NCBI GenBank assembly: GCA_001179505.1
Contig: CDMY01000313.1
Coordinates: forward strand, 62,001 to 126,000
Reading direction: 5' to 3'
From: Vitrella brassicaformis CCMP3155
Taxonomy: Eukaryota > Protista > Chromerida
DNA: 64,000 nucleotides
The notes under the pieces were generated by a model. It ran no database searches. It was not told where the DNA came from and saw only the letters and a program-made list of their open reading frames with translations. How positions within the stretch are numbered: position 1 is the first letter of the stretch; each line of letters opens with the position of its first letter. Made by a program: the position numbers and the translations under genes. Below, piece by piece: positions 63,208-64,000 of the stretch.

Positions 63208-64000
63208 ATGATGAGATCAACCGATTGGCGACCTTCATCCTCGCACTATCCGTTGCATCTCGATAGAGCAGCAGCATCGACACCGAGCTCGGGTACACCG
63301 ACGGACGCGCCCACACGTGCACACGGTGCCTGCACAGAGCTTTGCACAGTGGCGCATTTGGTTTTGTCGTCTGTCTAATGTCTGTCTGTCTGTCGGGTTG
63401 TCATGGTGCCCCTCCCCTGCAGGAGGGCACGAGAATCGGCCGGCCACCTCTCCACCGCCCCCGTCATTCAGGAAGCTGTCGGAGCACCAGAGCGGCGCCA
63501 GGGGCGTCTATTACCACAAGGGCAGCAAGGCATGGGCGGCCAACTGGTACGAGGACGGCAGACAGAGAGAGAAGAAGTTTTCTGCGAGGAAGTTGGGCTA
63601 TGAGGGCGCCAAGCAGGCCGCCATCTCCCACAGACGGAAGATGGAGAAACAACAGTATGACTATCGGCCGGCCGCCTCCTCCCCGCCCCCGTCATTCGAG
63701 CTGGATGACGACAGTCGTCCACCGATCCGCCCCACCAAGCGGCGACGCAACGGCACGATGGATCACAGCAGCACTGCCGATGACACCCAACCAACAGACA
63801 GCAATGGGCGGCCGGCCGGCGAGTCGGCCAGTGACATCAACCGGCTTGACACGACGTGTGATACGGCCGCGCTGGCCATTTTGCTGGAGGGTGTGCGTGC
63901 GAGCGATCCTGAGAGTGGCGGTCGGTATGAGATCGTCACAGTGATGGTGGCCGGCCACCAGACGAGGGCCATTCGGTGGATGCCAACAGGTGCGTCTCAC
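63208..64000 (+). CDS. ApiAP2-type protein C1 (single AP2 plus 'GGRYEI' motif), truncated by the window end
   Basis: MMRSTDW...TPSS|GGHENR...RKLSEHQSGARGVYYHKGSKAWAANWYEDGRQREKKFSARKLGYEGAKQAAISHRRKME...LLEGVRASDPESGGRYEIVTVMVAGHQTRAIRWMPTG|gt. Nearly collinear with 46850-47400. Confidence 0.78.

Overview
This is eukaryotic, GC-rich, intron-dense nuclear DNA with (GT)n/(CA)n-rich introns and five 300-N assembly gaps. A nucleus-encoded Psb28 with a bipartite plastid leader, an alveolate-type H+-pyrophosphatase and multiple ApiAP2-type genes point to a photosynthetic relative of apicomplexans (a chromerid, most likely Vitrella-like; inference). Conserved genes are psb28, VP1 (H+-PPase), an RMI1-like OB-fold gene, a PNPOx-like FMN split-barrel gene, SMC5, a plastid-targeted Hsp33, HID1 and a TMC-family channel. 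Between them sit three related copies of a fast-evolving cassette (about 21-28 kb, 43-54 kb and 61-64 kb) built from BTB/TLDc genes, AP2 genes and F-box-like genes. The most notable observations are: (1) this recurrent cassette; (2) an unrecognised ~37-aa motif in the AP2 genes that is more conserved than the AP2 domain itself; (3) introns with 5' AC-rich and 3' GT-rich complementary ends; (4) a protein-conserving duplication of the last four TMC exons; (5) an in-frame TAG inside an apparently coding region. All gene models were spliced by eye from GT-AG sites; no database search was possible. No prokaryotic features, CRISPR arrays, rRNA, tRNA or transposase were recognised.
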